From the IMG/VR virus record IMGVR_UViG_3300033141_002871, positions 1-61,849 of that record: 61,849 nt of DNA. One strand, given 5' to 3'. Shown one piece after another: positions 9,958-19,796 of the stretch. How positions within the stretch are numbered: the stretch's first letter is position 1; each line of letters starts with the position of its first letter. Source of the DNA: a virus (lineage: Duplodnaviria; Caudoviricetes). The notes under the pieces are model-generated. The model made no database searches. It saw only the letters and a program-made list of their open reading frames with translations, and had not been told where the DNA came from. The translations under genes were made by a program, and so were the position numbers.

Positions 9958-9959
9958 AG

Positions 9960-10523
9960 GTGATACCGGAAACTAAAATTAACGACGTCAGGGTCGAGCA
10001 CTTCGAGGTGTCGGAATCTGAATCCGCTCTGACCTACATTAGGGGACGCGGGGTTCCTCCGGGGAAGTATGTCCGGTTATTCGTTGACGGCGACCTGATG
10101 ATGTCTAACACGCCGGAAGAGATCCGCAGCAACATGGATTTCATTATTTTCGCGACTGGGGATGTGTTGGTAGCCGGGCTGGGTTTGGGAGTTATTTTGC
10201 ACAAGCCGCTGGAGCGGGAGGACGTGAAGAGCATCCTGGTGATCGAGAAGTCGCAGGACGTCATAGACGCGGTGCTGCCGCATATCGGGCACCCCAGGCT
10301 CGAAGTGGTCTGCGCCGATATCTTCGACTGGAGACCCCCGAAGGGTAGGAAGTGGGATACCATCTACTTCGACATCTGGCCGGATATTTGCGTCGACAAC
10401 CTGGAAGATATCTCCAGGCTCAAGCGCAAATTTGCGCGCCGGCTCCGGAGGGACAACCCGAAGGCGTGGATGGCGGCTTGGCAAGAGGACACTCTGCGTT
10501 ACATGAGAAGGAAGGGAAGATAA
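9960..10523 (+). CDS. SAM-dependent methyltransferase (spermidine-synthase-like fold)
   Basis: MMSNTPEE, VLVAGLGLG, VIEKSQDVI, ADIF, YFDIW. Confidence 0.8.
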   Translation: MIPETKINDVRVEHFEVSESESALTYIRGRGVPPGKYVRLFVDGDLMMSNTPEEIRSNMDFIIFATGDVLVAGLGLGVILHKPLEREDVKSILVIEKSQDVIDAVLPHIGHPRLEVVCADIFDWRPPKGRKWDTIYFDIWPDICVDNLEDISRLKRKFARRLRRDNPKAWMAAWQEDTLRYMRRKGR

Positions 10524-11062
10524 TGTCGAAAAGAAGGAGGAAGCTGACGTTCGAGAAGGTAGTGGAGAAGGTTCTCGGAAATTCGCTGTTCAGTTTTATA
10601 CAGCGCATGTTTCAGCTTATGGAGATCACGGAGAACGAGATCGAGAAGGCGAAGCAGAGGTGGCCGGAGAGGACTGACATGCTTCACAGATCGTTCATGC
10701 TCCTGAGACCGACAAGCGAGGCAATGAGCGATGTCGGTGAGGTGTTCTACCGGCACCATTGCCGGGAGATTCTGAGGAGGGTCGCAGAAGGTGGGGACAC
10801 CAGGATGGGAACGACTCTGGAGGTGGTGCTGGCGCTGAGAGAGGCTTCGTTAGTGTCACCGCTGAAGAGAGACCCGGCCGTGCTTTATGCCAAGCTGTTC
10901 ATGCGATGCGGACAGAAAGTATTGAGCGAGGATTCCGAGCTGGCGAGGTTGATGTGGGACATGGCAAGGGACGAGAGCTACCGGGGAGCATGTGACGAGA
11001 TCGAGTCGGATCTGAGGAGGAAGCTATCTGTCTCTGACAGGGTCTTGCAACCGGAACGGTGA
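10523..11062 (+). CDS. Hypothetical protein
   Basis: TAATG coupling; starts MSKRRRK. Confidence 0.65.
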   Translation: MSKRRRKLTFEKVVEKVLGNSLFSFIQRMFQLMEITENEIEKAKQRWPERTDMLHRSFMLLRPTSEAMSDVGEVFYRHHCREILRRVAEGGDTRMGTTLEVVLALREASLVSPLKRDPAVLYAKLFMRCGQKVLSEDSELARLMWDMARDESYRGACDEIESDLRRKLSVSDRVLQPER

Positions 11063-11082
11063 GGGTGATATGATGCCTGGCA

Positions 11083-11715
11083 ATGGGTGCGAGATGGTAC
11101 ATTGCGGAAGTGGAAGAGGTAGCGCGGTTATCCCTGAAGAGGGCTGCCTCCAGGGCTTCCATTCGGGTCTGGGAGCCGCACCTGACAGTCAGGTACGTGA
11201 AGGACGGGAGGTGGACGGACGGAAGTGTCAGGCTCGCGGAGGGGTACGTGTTTCTTCGCGGGGAGTCGACGGAGGTGGTCGCGAAGGTAGTCGGGTCCGT
11301 GAGGGGCGCGAGACTGCTGCAGTCGAGGCGCAGGCCGGCGGTCCTTTCCGACGAGGACGTCGCGAGGTACGAGCAGGCGGAGAGGCTGGCGGTCCAGATC
11401 ACTCCGGGCATCGTGAGGTCGGGGGCGCGGGTCGCCGTTCGGAAGGACGTCCGTTCGCCGTACGCGGGATTGGTCGGAAGGTATCTCGACATGGGACTGG
11501 CGCTCAGGGGCGGGACGATGTACTCGCTGGTCGAGTTCGACATGTGGGGCCACACAAAGGTGGACTTCGTACCTGCCGATCATATTGAGGAGGCGCAGTG
11601 CGAGAGCCTGTTATCGTGTACGGATGGGATTATAGGGCGGTTAGGAGCGACGCTGTCGAGCCCGTTGCGACCGATCCGTTCGAGGGCCTCGACGGGGCAG
11701 GAGACAGAGGGGTGA
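11083..11715 (+). CDS. NusG/RfaH-family transcription factor
   Basis: N-terminal WY, GYVFL, P(A)VLSDEDV (NGN domain); KOW-like GARVAV...SPYAGLVG. Confidence 0.75.
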   Translation: MGARWYIAEVEEVARLSLKRAASRASIRVWEPHLTVRYVKDGRWTDGSVRLAEGYVFLRGESTEVVAKVVGSVRGARLLQSRRRPAVLSDEDVARYEQAERLAVQITPGIVRSGARVAVRKDVRSPYAGLVGRYLDMGLALRGGTMYSLVEFDMWGHTKVDFVPADHIEEAQCESLLSCTDGIIGRLGATLSSPLRPIRSRASTGQETEG

Positions 11716-12641
11716 GCTGGGATGCGGTTCGCGAGATTGAGTGCCTGTTGTGGCCGAGGGAGCGACTGCTCCTCGGGCTTATGCGGCTCGGGAAGACACC
11801 GAGCGAGGTCGCGAGGATTCTGGGGTTTCCGAGGCGGCAGCGGGCGGCCGAGGAGATGCGGCGGGTCATCTCTGTCATATCCTTCTACGCGGGGCACTAC
11901 GAGACGGTCCGGAGGTTGTATCGGGGCAGGGTCAACCTTGACAGACGGCAGCTCATCGCGGTCCGGATGTACGCGGCCGGCAGAATCAATCAGAGGAGGG
12001 TCGCGGAGCTGCTCGGTTTTCGGCACAGGAGGGCTCTCTGCACCATGCTCCTACGGGCACGGGCCAGGCTCGCAGAGGCGGGCGACCATGAGGTATTACA
12101 ACTGCTCAGGGACTGCGCGAAGCGGAGGAAGAGCCTGCGGATGCGAAGGAGGAGACTGATGTCTACCGACGCTTGGCGAGATGACGTGAAGAGACGGCTG
12201 CTTCAGATGCTCGGGAAGGTCTGGTACGAGTGGGGCGGTCAGGACCTGGGGCGGCGCAGGGCGGACTGTTCTGGGCTGGTGCTTGAGGTCTTGAAGGAGG
12301 CAAGGGTTCTGCCTCCTACCGTCAAGGACATGACGGCGCACCAGCTCTCCAGGCTGTTCCGGCGTCGGGTCAAGAGGCCGCTGCCGGGGGATCTCGCGTT
12401 CTACGGCGGAAGCTGGTCTCGGGTTACTCACGTCATGTTTTACATGGGGGAAGTGGACGGGATCGAGGGGATGGTTGCCGGGATGTGCGGTGGCCGCAGG
12501 AACATGAAGGCTTCGTGGGCCAGGAAGGTCGGTGCCGGACTGTGGTTGCGACCGGCGAAGTACCGGAAGGACTTTCTCGGGTTTTCCCGGGTCGAGTTGA
12601 TTGTGGCGGATCAGCTCGGGATTTATTTATTGTCTAAATAA
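11598..12641 (+). CDS. Tandem sigma70-region-4-like HTH domains in frame with an NlpC/P60 peptidase (internal start at 12159)
   Basis: HTHs GKTPSEVARILG and INQRRVAELLG; NlpC/P60 YEWGG, DCSGLV, PGDLAFY, THV; GGAGG before in-frame ATG 12159. Confidence 0.75.
   Translation: MREPVIVYGWDYRAVRSDAVEPVATDPFEGLDGAGDRGVSWDAVREIECLLWPRERLLLGLMRLGKTPSEVARILGFPRRQRAAEEMRRVISVISFYAGHYETVRRLYRGRVNLDRRQLIAVRMYAAGRINQRRVAELLGFRHRRALCTMLLRARARLAEAGDHEVLQLLRDCAKRRKSLRMRRRRLMSTDAWRDDVKRRLLQMLGKVWYEWGGQDLGRRRADCSGLVLEVLKEARVLPPTVKDMTAHQLSRLFRRRVKRPLPGDLAFYGGSWSRVTHVMFYMGEVDGIEGMVAGMCGGRRNMKASWARKVGAGLWLRPAKYRKDFLGFSRVELIVADQLGIYLLSK
12623..12641. promoter_or_regulatory. 19-bp palindromic site, copy 2
   Basis: TTATTTATTGTCTAAATAA overlapping a stop codon, just before an RBS. 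Confidence 0.7.
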
Positions 12642-12651
12642 AGGAGGCGGT

Positions 12652-13044
12652 ATGGCGGACGTTATTGCAGAGATTTCGAAGGTCGTTGGGAGCGGGACTC
12701 TGACGGAGTACCAGAGGAGGTTCCTCCGGGCCAGGTGGCTTCTCGCGAACATGGGAAAGGAGAGGGTGGACGAGGCGGTCGCCGCCGGGATGCTGGAGCC
12801 GGACGCTAGGGCGTTCATCGAGGAGACGGCCGAGCTTGTCCGGAAGATCGAGGACGGCAGGGCCGAGCCGGGGGATCTTCAGCAGATAGTGCTGGACCGG
12901 CTGGAGGACACCTACATGTGGTCGCAGCCGAGGGCGAAGCTGACGGTCGCGGAGAAGAGGCAGGTTGCCGAGTGGTGCCGGAGAGACGGGCATAGCAACC
13001 TGGCCGACGAAGTCGAGAGAGGAATCAGGGAGGACAGCGGATGA
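12652..13044 (+). CDS. Hypothetical protein
   Basis: AAGGAGG RBS, ATG 12652. Confidence 0.65.
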   Translation: MADVIAEISKVVGSGTLTEYQRRFLRARWLLANMGKERVDEAVAAGMLEPDARAFIEETAELVRKIEDGRAEPGDLQQIVLDRLEDTYMWSQPRAKLTVAEKRQVAEWCRRDGHSNLADEVERGIREDSG

Positions 13045-13574
13045 TCGGATCTCTCGGCAGGTGCCCCCGTTGCTGGGGGTATGAGTGTGACTGCGAGACC
13101 ACGGAGTTGAATAGGGCTAAGGTAGAGAGAAGGGAACCTAATGAAGAGAGGGAGGCAAGCATGGACGTATTCGGAAACGATAACTATCCGTTGAACGAGA
13201 ACCACAACCCGAGCCGACGGCTGGAGAACATGAAGCCGGCCCCGAGGTGCTACATCGTCTGGAAGCCGAAGACTCCGGATGCCAGGGAGGTTCGGGGAAT
13301 CATCCGTCCAGGCTCGGCGGTCTGGGAGCCGAACTGCGCGAAGGTAGTCGCGGCCGGGGACGGATGCGAGCTGGCGAAGCCGGGCGACTACGTGTTCTGG
13401 TCGATGTTCGGCCGGGTGGACCGGGAGACCGGGGAGATCGACCACGGCAACAAGCCGTCTCCGGTCGTCTGGGGCTTCACGGACGAGGAGCCGGCGTTTT
13501 ACACGATCCATGAGCGGGACGTCGTTGCGGTGACGAAGAGTGGCGCGGAGGATGAGAGGTTGAGCGAGTTGTAA
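13041..13574 (+). CDS. GroES/Cpn10-like co-chaperonin
   Basis: MKP...GIIRP...KVVAAGDG...KPGDYVFW...IHERDVVAV; true start may be a later ATG. Confidence 0.7.
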   Translation: MIGSLGRCPRCWGYECDCETTELNRAKVERREPNEEREASMDVFGNDNYPLNENHNPSRRLENMKPAPRCYIVWKPKTPDAREVRGIIRPGSAVWEPNCAKVVAAGDGCELAKPGDYVFWSMFGRVDRETGEIDHGNKPSPVVWGFTDEEPAFYTIHERDVVAVTKSGAEDERLSEL

Positions 13575-14218
13575 TGCCGAAGCGTAAGAAAAAGAGAGTG
13601 CTTGACCCTTTCTCGGTCTATGTGCAGGACCCGGAGATGAGTCTTCCCGGGCTGTCTCGGAAAATCGGCGTGCCTCTCAACACCTTGAAGAAGATCTCGG
13701 CTCGGGAAGGGTGGGTCGAGAGGAAGAAGAAATTTTGGGATGACGTGAGGAGGCAGGCGACCGAGGACGCGGCGAGGCGGATCTCCGAGGAGATGGGCGA
13801 CGCGATAGTGGAGGCTACCCGGAGGCACAGGGACGAGGGGAAGGGTCTTCAGACAGTCGGCGTCAAGATGCTGAGGGAGGCCGACCGTCTGATAAAGGCG
13901 GCCGAGGAGGGCTGGAAGTGCCCGGAGTGCGGCAAGCCGGTCGGACTGCCGAAGCTGAAGCCGGGCGAGGCGCTGAGGGCCGCGGTGCAGAGCGTGAAGG
14001 GCGGGGTAGAGGTGGAGAGGCGCGCGCTCGGGCTCGCGGAAACGATAGTCAAGATCGAGTTCGCGAGGGAGTACGGGAAGGTGGTTGTTGATATTGTCGG
14101 GAAATACATTGACGACCCGGTGGTGCTGAGGAACATCGCGAGGGACTTGGACTCGTTCACCGCCGCGGAAGAGGAGAAGCTGGAGCAGTGGTCGGAGCAC
14201 GGCAAGCTGCTTCAGTGA
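13574..14218 (+). CDS. Putative terminase small subunit
   Basis: HTH SLPGLSRKIGVPLNTLKKISAREGW, helical body, ERRALGL; CPEC insert. Confidence 0.6.
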   Translation: MPKRKKKRVLDPFSVYVQDPEMSLPGLSRKIGVPLNTLKKISAREGWVERKKKFWDDVRRQATEDAARRISEEMGDAIVEATRRHRDEGKGLQTVGVKMLREADRLIKAAEEGWKCPECGKPVGLPKLKPGEALRAAVQSVKGGVEVERRALGLAETIVKIEFAREYGKVVVDIVGKYIDDPVVLRNIARDLDSFTAAEEEKLEQWSEHGKLLQ

Positions 14219-14251
14219 GTCTTGAAACCCTAGTAGACAGGAGGTGAAGAG

Positions 14252-14656
14252 ATGCGGGAGGACGGTAGGATTGCGCGCCTGTTGCGCGACAAGGACCATG
14301 TGGAGTATCGACATCTGAGGTTCAGGAGGGGAGGCGCAGTTACCGTGGCTTTTCGGAAGGCTCAGCCTCCGGCGGATGAGGGTGTTCTGCAGATGGCTTT
14401 TTCATTCTGTAATCCAAAGGACCAATTTTCGAGGGCGGACGGCAGGGCGAGGTCGTTGATCCGGTTGCTCAGAAGGGGAGGCATCAGGATGGGCCACGAG
14501 AGGTTTCGAGTTGCCGTGAAGGTCAGAATATCGCTGGAAGATACGCTCTTTGCCGGATTGTCTGCACTAAGGAAACGGAAGAGGCTTCCGACTTGGCTTG
14601 TAAGGCAATTTGAGAAGGAGATCGGTGGTGAGGGTCTGGCTGCTCAGGCGCAGTGA
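14252..14656 (+). CDS. Hypothetical phage protein
   Basis: GGAGGTGA RBS; FSFCNPKDQFSR..GR motif typical of a phage family. Confidence 0.7.
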   Translation: MREDGRIARLLRDKDHVEYRHLRFRRGGAVTVAFRKAQPPADEGVLQMAFSFCNPKDQFSRADGRARSLIRLLRRGGIRMGHERFRVAVKVRISLEDTLFAGLSALRKRKRLPTWLVRQFEKEIGGEGLAAQAQ

Positions 14657-15438
14657 CGGAAGGTTCTCCGGCATTATGGGTGCAATCCACGTGTTCATGT
14701 CGGAGGAAGCCGCCGCTACAGAGATGGAACTGACCGGAAGACGAGGGAGCAAGTGGAGAATTGTGAGGGCGAGGCTGGAGGTCGAGGATGACAACGAGGA
14801 AGATGGTTCCGGACAGGCGGAAGCTGGTCGGTAGGTTCTGGACGCGCGACGACTGGTCCTGGCAAGGATACGTCAGTCTGGGCCTGCACGGCAGGGCATA
14901 CGTCGTGATCGAGCACAACCGGGCGGAGAACAGGAAGGGGCCGGGGGACTGCGACCTGGTCATGTATATCGCTGAGAGAGACGGCAATGGCAAGGAGTGA
15001 AAGATGGAGAAATCCGGGGAGGCGCGCGAGGTCTACAGGTGCAGATTTTGCCGGAGGGAGTTCGGTTCGAGGATCGCGTTGAGTCGGCATATGAACGAGA
15101 GGGCGAGGCTGGGAACGTGTCCTGTGAAGTCGAGGAAGAGAGGTCGTCGAAGTACTGTCGGGACTTGAAGCGGGCGTCTTGCGGCGAGTGGAACAAACAA
15201 GAGGACGTCGAGGAGTTTACGTGAGGGAGGAGATATGCTGGTAATATTTTCAAGACCGGAGAAGCTCGCGGAGTACCTGAAGGAACAAGGTTTCCGGGTA
15301 GAGACGGACGACATAGAGTTCTCAGGGGTGAGGATGAGAATTATACGGTGGGAGGGACCGGACAAGCGGCAGCTCTCGTTGCTGGAGGCTGCGAGGAGTC
15401 AGGAGTCTCTGTTTGTCGAGGAGGAAGATGATGAATAA
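14610..15438 (+). other. Run of four small coupled hypothetical ORFs (14610-14834, 14788-15000, 14997-15224, 15235-15438)
   Basis: Overlapping starts/stops and RBSs; the last ORF contains QLSLL and QESLF. Confidence 0.55.
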
Positions 15439-15961
15439 TCTGCCCGACAAGCGGTACTCCGTGATCTATGCAGATCCTCCTTGGTCCTACAGGGACAGGA
15501 GCATGAATAGAGGAGGGTCTGCGCGGCACTACGAGACCCTTCTGGTGAAAGATGTCATGTTGCTTCCGGTGCAGCGAATTTCCGCTTCCGACTGCATGTT
15601 GTTTCTCTGGACGACTTGTCCGATACTTCCGGTGGCTCTTTCGGTCATGACCGCCTGGGGCTTCTCGTACAGGACAGTCGCGTTCGTCTGGGTCAAGACT
15701 ACCGGCAAGGGAGATCTTGCCTGGGGCATGGGGCACTGGACCAGGGCGAACGCGGAGCTGTGCCTGCTCGGGATCAATGGCAAGCCGAAGCGGGTATCTG
15801 CCGGCGTTCATCAGGTCGTCATGTCACGGAGGCTGGAGCACAGCAGGAAGCCGGCAGAGGTGCGGGACCTGATAGTGCAGCTCGCCGGCGACGTGCCCCG
15901 GATCGAGCTGTTCGCCAGGGAGAGGGTTCCGGGCTGGGATGCCTGGGGAAAAGAGGTGTGA
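15428..15961 (+). CDS. MT-A70 family adenine methyltransferase
   Basis: IYADPPW, LFLWTT, WGF.Y.TVAFVWVK, TRANAE, HSRKP, IELFAR. Confidence 0.92.
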   Translation: MMNNLPDKRYSVIYADPPWSYRDRSMNRGGSARHYETLLVKDVMLLPVQRISASDCMLFLWTTCPILPVALSVMTAWGFSYRTVAFVWVKTTGKGDLAWGMGHWTRANAELCLLGINGKPKRVSAGVHQVVMSRRLEHSRKPAEVRDLIVQLAGDVPRIELFARERVPGWDAWGKEV

Positions 15962-15962
15962 G

Positions 15963-16289
15963 ATGGGAAGGAAGAAACACAGGTTATGCGGAGCGGATGG
16001 AGATTTCAGAGATGACTATTTTCAGGCTGTGAAGATGTGGGGGTGGACGGCACAGGAGATGGTACTGGCGGAGGAGTGCGCCGAGCTGGCCGCTGCGTAT
16101 CTTCGGAAAGGTAGAACCAACAGACCGGAGGCCCTAGAACAGTTCTATGAGGAGTGTGCCGACGTCTCTGTGATGATCGATCAGCTCTTGGTCGCGGCAC
16201 CTCTGGAGATTCGACAGCGTGTGTTGGAGAAGAAGGCGAAGAAGCTGGCGATGCTGAGGGAGAAACTCAGTGCCGAGGAAGGAGACTGA
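15963..16289 (+). CDS. MazG-like nucleotide pyrophosphohydrolase
   Basis: EECAEL...EECADV motifs. Confidence 0.75.
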   Translation: MGRKKHRLCGADGDFRDDYFQAVKMWGWTAQEMVLAEECAELAAAYLRKGRTNRPEALEQFYEECADVSVMIDQLLVAAPLEIRQRVLEKKAKKLAMLREKLSAEEGD

Positions 16290-16953
16290 GATCGCCGCTG
16301 CCGTCCTGAAGTGGCTCGGGGCGGACGGCTGGGACTGCTACCCAGAGGTGTCGTGGAAGGGGCAGGCGCGGGCGGACATCGTGGCTGTCCGGGGTCCGCT
16401 GCTCTGGGTCATCGAGACGAAGACCTCCCTGGGCCTGAAGGTGATCTCACAGGCGCGCTACTGGCTGCGACTCGGAGCGATGATGGCGAGCATCGCGGTT
16501 CCGAAACAGAGGAAATTTCGCAGGTCCGGGGCCGACCGGGAGTTGGCGAAGAGGGTCTGTGAGTGGCTCGGGGTCGGGATGCTGACGGTCGGCTCCGTTG
16601 GCAGCATTTCCGAGCCTATCCCGGCCCGGCTGCACAGGAGGAACCGGGGTCTCAGCAGGAGGATCGCCGACTACCTGACACCGGAGATGAAGCGGTACAC
16701 GGCGGGGAACGCGGAGTCAAGGTACTGGACTCCGTTCAAGGAGACGGTTAGACGGGCGCGGATGCACATCTCTGTCAATCAGGGTTGCACGGTCAAGGAC
16801 TTGGTCGACTCAATCCGGCACCACTATGCATCGTCGGCTTCGGCGCGGCAGCACCTTGTCGAACACATTTTGGAGGGCAGACTTCCGGGAGTGCGGGCGG
16901 AGAAGGATGGGAAAATTTGGAGACTATATTTTGAAAAAGGAGAGGGAAGATGA
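16270..16953 (+). CDS. PD-(D/E)XK nuclease-like protein with C-terminal wHTH-like region
   Basis: YPEV, RADIVA, VIETKT, ISQA. Confidence 0.7.
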   Translation: MPRKETEIAAAVLKWLGADGWDCYPEVSWKGQARADIVAVRGPLLWVIETKTSLGLKVISQARYWLRLGAMMASIAVPKQRKFRRSGADRELAKRVCEWLGVGMLTVGSVGSISEPIPARLHRRNRGLSRRIADYLTPEMKRYTAGNAESRYWTPFKETVRRARMHISVNQGCTVKDLVDSIRHHYASSASARQHLVEHILEGRLPGVRAEKDGKIWRLYFEKGEGR

Positions 16954-17543
16954 GGAAAGAAGGTTTGTTTCTGTGTCTGATTTTGGTGGCCGGTTTGGCG
17001 GTCAACGCGATGACTGGTCGATGCGTGTATTTGCGCGGCAAAGAGGACGGGAGAAATGACATCATCCAGAAAGAGAATCCCCGCGATTTATTCGCCGAAG
17101 AAGAGTTGCGGTGGGTCACACATTCTCATGTGCTCGACGGGCCTGCCGACTACAGGACCGGCGTGCTCTGCGAGTTGTACGATATCGGTCCGAACGAGGT
17201 TGGGTACTGCGGGTACATCGACATGAGGGGGGTCTACGCGATAGGCATACAGATACTCACCGATAATCCGCAGGCGAAGGATGAGATGTACCTACGCTTT
17301 GAATGCACGGCCGAGGATGACGACACGGAGCCTGCCAGGTGCGCGTACACTGACGTGACCGAGCAGGTGAGGGGATTTCCGGAGATAACAGACAGGAATT
17401 TGTATCTCATGTTCATGGGTTCGGCGCTCCCGATGCCTGCCAGGTATTGCCGGCTCAAGTACCTGGCATATGGAGATGTTGGAGACCAGACGTTGGTCGT
17501 TTTTTATACGACGCTGGGGCCTCCGGCAGGGGTGTGGAGATGA
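16950..17543 (+). CDS. Signal/anchor-bearing protein, paralogue of the C-terminal domain of 39782-40648
   Basis: N-terminal hydrophobic segment; shared LC.L, YCGYIDM, GIQI, FEC..DD.T.PA.C.Y.D.T, YCR.KY, VFY. Confidence 0.75.
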   Translation: MRKEGLFLCLILVAGLAVNAMTGRCVYLRGKEDGRNDIIQKENPRDLFAEEELRWVTHSHVLDGPADYRTGVLCELYDIGPNEVGYCGYIDMRGVYAIGIQILTDNPQAKDEMYLRFECTAEDDDTEPARCAYTDVTEQVRGFPEITDRNLYLMFMGSALPMPARYCRLKYLAYGDVGDQTLVVFYTTLGPPAGVWR

Positions 17544-18542
17544 CAATGTGGTGGTTTGATCCTAGTTGGAGGAATGCACGATGCACAAACTGCGGCGTGA
17601 GGATAGTAGATACGGGGGGCGATCCCGATTGGGGATACTGTTATGACTGCTACAGTCACATGGTGAGCCAACAACAGGAATACGAGTCACCAGATTCGCC
17701 GATTGTTTGCTCAATCTGTAAGAACGATTACGCGGTCTGCATGGAAAGCGGGTTTGATGTTTGTTCGCCGGAGTGTGCCGACGAGGCGGTGAGAAGATCG
17801 CGCAGCCATTTTCGATAACTGGAGGTGGAAAGATGAGAGCCCCCAGAACAGCCAGAGAAGCCGCCTGGCTCTCGTTGGTCCACTGGCGGAAGATGAACCG
17901 GTGGGTTGAAAAGCAGAATCCTGCTGTGTACCCAAGCAACATCAACATGCGCGGGGCAATATTCGTCAACTGGAAGGGGCGGTACTGTGCCCTGTGCACA
18001 TGGTCACGGGCAGAGGCAAATCGCTGCCATGAGGATAGGGAGGGCTTTACGCCGTGTTTTTACTGCCCATTGGCCAAGAAGTATGGTCCTTGCGGTACTG
18101 AAGGGAATGCTTGGGCGGAGAATGTTTGGACATTGGTAAACTCGGCTGATACCTGGGCCGAGTGGCTCAAGTATGGCCGCCGCATGGAGCGGCAGATTGA
18201 GACCGTGTGGAGGGAATTGAGATGATGAAGTTCGGAGTTTTTCTGGACGGTCCGCTGGCAGGGGAGTTTAGAAGAGTGGAGGCCCTGCCGAAGATCAACA
18301 TTCCTCTGCCCAAGAGGATAACTGTATGTGACTGCGACCCGGAGTTTGAGTCGGTCACCGAGGACGCACCTGCGGGGGTATTCACGTATTACCGGATCGC
18401 CATCGGAGAACAGATCGCGTTCTACTCGAAGTACGAGGATGACTACGAGGCGATCAAGTGGAGTATCAAGACGATGTTGCTCTCCAACATCAACGCTGAT
18501 GTCTGGGTCCGCAACTGCAGAAGCCTGCGGGCCTACGAGTAG
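17540..18542 (+). other. Three small Cys-rich hypothetical ORFs (17540-17818, 17833-18225, 18222-18542)
   Basis: Coupled ORFs with CxxC pairs and RBSs. Confidence 0.6.
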
Positions 18543-18552
18543 GGGGTGTGTC

Positions 18553-18912
18553 ATGATTCTGGTATTTGTTTCTGGCCCGATAGCTGCGAACAATACGTGG
18601 CTGCGGGAGCGCAACATTCGGAGAGCGGAGGAGGTTGCCTTGGAGCTGTTGGAGTACGGCTACTCGGTGTTCTGCCCGCACACGATGACCCGGTTCTTCG
18701 AGGGTGCGTTACCACCGAAGGACTTTTACCAGGCAGACCTAGAGGTGCTGCGTCGCTGCGACGCGGTCCTTCTCATTCCGGGCTGGGAGGACAGTACTGG
18801 ATCGCGTGAGGAGCTGAGGGAGGCGAACCGGAGAGGGATTCCGGCGTTCACGGACCTGAACGTACTGAAGATGGCGCTTCCGCCCTGCGGCGGAGAGGAG
18901 GAAGGAACATGA
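18553..18912 (+). CDS. Nucleoside 2-deoxyribosyltransferase-like (DUF4406/DUF1937 type) protein
   Basis: VFVSGP, FCPH, LRRCDAVLLIPGWEDSTGSREE. Confidence 0.8.
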   Translation: MILVFVSGPIAANNTWLRERNIRRAEEVALELLEYGYSVFCPHTMTRFFEGALPPKDFYQADLEVLRRCDAVLLIPGWEDSTGSREELREANRRGIPAFTDLNVLKMALPPCGGEEEGT

Positions 18913-19377
18913 AGTGCGATATCTGCGGTTGGGAGGCGGCGGTCGAGTACGAGTTATCTCGGTTCAAGAGCAGCTTCCGGGTCGAGACGGACACGGACAA
19001 GGTGTGCCAGGCGTGCCTTTCCGCTCTGGAGAAGATGGAGCGGGAGGCGAGGGAGCGGGTCCAGGAGTTCGTGGAGAAGGAGACGATGGAGTTGGGGCAG
19101 AGGATCGTCGACATGAAGGCGAAGTTCAGGGGGGAGATTGTTGAGGACGATACCGATGGCTGAGGAGCAGATCAGCCTGTTCCTTCAGGAAAGGAAACCG
19201 GAGGAGCCGGAGCTTCCGCGCTGTGTGAACTGCGGGAGAAGGGAGGGGACGGCGAAGGTCTATGTCCAGTCGGCGCAGGAGCTGGCGCCTGGTATCTACA
19301 AGGGTGTTTGTCATGAGAAGTGCCTGCGTCGTAGGTTCTGCGAAAAGACGAGTAGCAAGGGGAGTCCAGCGCCGTGA
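18909..19377 (+). other. Two small zinc-finger ORFs (18909-19163, 19156-19377)
   Basis: CDICG...CQAC; CVNCG...CHEKC; the second starts MAEEQISLF. Confidence 0.6.
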
Positions 19378-19796
19378 GCAAGGCAACCGAGCTGGAGGTT
19401 GTCTGTCCTTACTGTGGCAGGCCTGCAGAGCTTGTGGATATCCAGGTGATCTATGGCAAGAGCTACGGGTTGATCTGGCTTTGTCGGCCATGCGAGGCCT
19501 GGGTTGGGACGCACAAGAACAGCAAGAAGCACGCACCTCTCGGCAGGCTTGCGAACGAGGAGTTGCGGAACTGGAAGAAGCGAGCGCATGAGCGCTTTGA
19601 TCTGCTATGGCAGCGCAAGGTTAGGAAGGAGGGGTGCACTGTAACAGCTGCAAGGCGGGCCGCTTATAAGTGGTTGGCGGAGCAACTCGGGATCTCAATG
19701 CGGGCTTGTCACATCGGCAGGTTTGACGTTGAGCAGTGCAAGAGGACCGTGGCGATTTGTGCGATGAAAGGAGGCAAGAATGAAAGTGTTGCCTGA
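19374..19796 (+). CDS. DUF3268-like zinc-finger protein
   Basis: CPYCG, CRPCEAWVGTH, PLGRLAN, AH..FD.LW, AYKWLA, CHIG.FD. Confidence 0.8.
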   Translation: MSKATELEVVCPYCGRPAELVDIQVIYGKSYGLIWLCRPCEAWVGTHKNSKKHAPLGRLANEELRNWKKRAHERFDLLWQRKVRKEGCTVTAARRAAYKWLAEQLGISMRACHIGRFDVEQCKRTVAICAMKGGKNESVA

